Positions 61,777-64,000 of a stretch of 64,000 nucleotides of DNA are shown piece after piece. Both the position numbers and the translations under genes were made by a program. The first letter of the stretch is position 1; every line of letters begins with the position of its first letter. The notes under the pieces are model-generated. The model made no database searches, had not been told where the DNA came from, and worked only from the letters and a program-made list of their open reading frames with translations. This DNA is from Deltaproteobacteria bacterium (GTDB lineage Bacteria; Desulfobacterota; Binatia; Binatales; Binataceae), in NCBI GenBank assembly GCA_021801125.1, contig JAJYYI010000127.1, positions 3,835 to 67,834 of the forward strand. Reading direction: 5' to 3'.

Positions 61777-62319
61777 ATGGCTCTGCTACAAATACGCAAA
61801 TACCCCGATCCGATCCTCAAGCAACCCGCCAAACCGGTGACCCAGATCGACGATGCGGTGCGCAGTTTTATCGAGAGCATGGTGCAGACGATGTACGCGG
61901 CTCCCGGAATCGGGCTGGCGGCGCCGCAGGTCGGCGACTCTAGGCGGATAATCGTAATCGACGCCGATCAGGAGAATCCCGGCCGACGCCTGCTCAAGCT
62001 GATTAATCCCGAAGTTGTAGAGATGCATGGCAAGGTGACCTGGGAGGAAGCGTGCCTTTCGGTGGTGGATTACAGCTCGCCGGTGCAAAGAGCGTCGCAT
62101 ATAGTCGTCAAGGCCTTGACTCCCGATGAAAACGAGCTCGAGATCGAGGCCGAAGAGTTTTTGGCGGTAGTCTTTCAACATGAACTCGATCATCTAGACG
62201 GCCGGCTGTTTATCGACCGTCTCAGCGGACTTAAGCGGCAACTGTATCGTCGCAAGCTGCAAAAGCTGATCAAAGAGGGCAGGCTCGAAAATTACGCCAC
62301 GGCCGCGGCTCGCGCGTGA
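61777..62319 (+). CDS. def: Peptide deformylase
   Basis: GIGLAAPQVG, EACLS, QHELDHL. Confidence 0.96.
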   Translation: MALLQIRKYPDPILKQPAKPVTQIDDAVRSFIESMVQTMYAAPGIGLAAPQVGDSRRIIVIDADQENPGRRLLKLINPEVVEMHGKVTWEEACLSVVDYSSPVQRASHIVVKALTPDENELEIEAEEFLAVVFQHELDHLDGRLFIDRLSGLKRQLYRRKLQKLIKEGRLENYATAAARA

Positions 62320-62604
62320 CTTGATTCACGCGGTCCTTTGCGTGGGCAGAATCGTATCCGGCTGTCGCAGCGCCTATTCGCTGAGCCGCGCGCGGCGGTT
62401 CCAATCGAAGAGGCAACGCCGGCGGGATCGCGAAATGCGCGGCGCCCGATTAGGCTGCTCGCGGGCCGGCCGTTGCGACCGGCCGGATGGGACCAAGCAA
62501 TACGGCGCGAACACTAATCGCTGCGGCGGCGGGCCACCTCGCCAAGAGCGCGCCACCCCTATGGGTCCCGACCAGCCACAACCCCGGCGCGCCGCGTACG
62601 GCAG

Positions 62605-63699
62605 GTGATGCGGCCATCGTTGCGCATAGTTTTCATGGGCACGCCGGAACTAGCGGCGCATATCCTCGAGCGTCTGCTCGAATCAGCTTCCGGCGCATTG
62701 ACTACCCGCCCTGCGACCGAATCGCGCACCGAGGCAGGGTCTCTCGCCGAACCGCCGGAACGCTCTCAAACCCAAACGTCCGCGCAAACGCCGCGGCGCG
62801 CTGCCGATTTAGCCGGCGAGGGTGCGCAAGCACGGTTCGAGGTGGTAGCGGTAATCACCGGTCTCGACCGACCGCGCGGCCGCGGACTTGCGACGCAGCC
62901 TTCAGCGGTGGGTCAAATCGCCGCCCGCCGCGGAGTCACCGTGTACAAACCCGCGAGCGTTCGCGAGCCGGGATTCATCGACCTGCTACGGTCACTGGCA
63001 CCGGACCTTCTGGTCGTCGCCGCGTACGGGCGTATCCTTCCGCGCGAAGTGTTGAGCGCACCGCGGCTGATGCCGCTTAACGTGCACGCCTCGCTGCTTC
63101 CCAAGCATCGCGGCGCCAGTCCGGTCGAGGCCGCGATTTTGGCGGGCGATCACGAGACCGGCGTGAGCATCATGCGGATGACCGAGCGGATGGACGCAGG
63201 GCCGGTGCTGCTGCAACGCGCGATACCGATTACGCCGGACGATACACAGACAAGCCTCAAGGCGCGCCTGGCGGAGTTGGGAGCAAGCGCGCTACTGGAG
63301 ACGTTGGAGAAAATCGCGCGCGGCGTGGCGAGCGAGGCCGCTCAGGACGAGACACAGGCAACCTATTGCAGGCCGATCAAAAAAGAAGACGCATGGATCA
63401 ACTGGCACGCCGATGCGGTCTATATCGAGCGCATGGCGCGCGCCTACGATCCGTGGCCGATCGCGCGCACGAAGTTTGCCGGCGAGCCGCTCCTTATCTT
63501 CAGAGCCGAGTCTATTTCCGACGCGGCAAGCGACCAGCCGCCGGGCACGATCGTCCAGGTCAAGCCGGCGCCGCTGGTAAGCTGCGGCAAGGGCCTGCTC
63601 AAGCTTGTCGAGGTGCAGGCTGTCGGCCGCAAGCGGATGAGAGCGAGCGATTTCATTCATGGAAAGCGCGTGGCGCCGGGCGCGCGGCTTGGGGTGTAG
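62605..63699 (+). CDS. fmt: Methionyl-tRNA formyltransferase with an approximately 50-aa insertion
   Basis: RIVFMGTP, VAAYG, NVHASLLPKHRGASP, MDAGP. Confidence 0.95.
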   Translation: MMRPSLRIVFMGTPELAAHILERLLESASGALTTRPATESRTEAGSLAEPPERSQTQTSAQTPRRAADLAGEGAQARFEVVAVITGLDRPRGRGLATQPSAVGQIAARRGVTVYKPASVREPGFIDLLRSLAPDLLVVAAYGRILPREVLSAPRLMPLNVHASLLPKHRGASPVEAAILAGDHETGVSIMRMTERMDAGPVLLQRAIPITPDDTQTSLKARLAELGASALLETLEKIARGVASEAAQDETQATYCRPIKKEDAWINWHADAVYIERMARAYDPWPIARTKFAGEPLLIFRAESISDAASDQPPGTIVQVKPAPLVSCGKGLLKLVEVQAVGRKRMRASDFIHGKRVAPGARLGV

Positions 63700-63709
63700 A
63701 CTGCCCGCG

Positions 63710-64000
63710 ATGTCCGTGCAGCGGGGTCAGAGTTCGCGCGGTCTCGCCGATGCCAGACGGTTAATCTCGATCAAGTCGACGGACCCACCTGAAGAGAGTT
63801 CGCCAGGACTTCCCGCTCGCGCCGCAGCGCTGAGAATTTTATTGCGGGTCGAGCGCGGGGCCTTCGCGGATGTCTTGTTGGGCCATCAATTGCCGGGCTT
63901 CGGACGGTCCGATCGCCGCCTCATTACCACGCTGGTCTTGGGCACGACGGCCTGGCGCAGCCGTCTCGATTACGAACTCGAGCGGTTGGTGCGCGACGGA
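63710..64000 (+). CDS. rsmB: 16S rRNA m5C967 methyltransferase RsmB/Sun, N-terminal part (truncated by window)
   Basis: Manual translation from ATG 63710: ...ARAAALRILLRVERGAFADVLL...DRRLITTLVLGTTAWRSRLDYEL (NusB-like domain); def-fmt-rsmB synteny. Confidence 0.85.
   Translation, partial: MSVQRGQSSRGLADARRLISIKSTDPPEESSPGLPARAAALRILLRVERGAFADVLLGHQLPGFGRSDRRLITTLVLGTTAWRSRLDYELERLVRDG

Noticed and set aside
62321..62608. ORF filling the def-fmt gap
   Set aside because: TTG start and Arg/Gly-rich composition typical of spurious GC-rich ORFs.

Overview
GC-rich bacterial chromosome segment. Gene content and style suggest a deltaproteobacteria-like diderm such as Candidatus Binatota, but this is inference only. 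Most of the window is housekeeping: tig-clpP-clpX-lon-hupB-tRNA-Val, membrane pyrophosphatase, mrp, coaBC, ffh-rpsP-khpA-rimM-trmD, comM, ileS-lspA, aroC-aroK-aroB and priA-def-fmt-rsmB. Accessory genes include a LIV-type ABC importer, pdxH, maiA, an intradiol dioxygenase, a lone TldD, a Tat-exported beta-carbonic anhydrase and a BbsE/BbsF-like CoA-transferase pair. No integrase, transposase or CRISPR array was seen. Two accessory loci stand out. (1) UDP-sulfoquinovose synthase (sqdB) is followed by a motif-altered HpnI/ceramide-glucosyltransferase-like enzyme rather than sqdX or sqdDC, which may indicate a pathway to a non-SQDG sulfoquinovosyl lipid. (2) An ECF sigma module at 33.5-38.6 kb has a duplicated sigma gene. 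One copy has a 390-bp microhomology deletion but keeps its promoter upstream of the anti-sigma gene, and the same GTAACTTT-N13-CGTT promoter precedes the intact, apparently leaderless sigma and a COG4313-like outer-membrane channel. All calls come from reading the sequence and recalled motifs; no searches were run.
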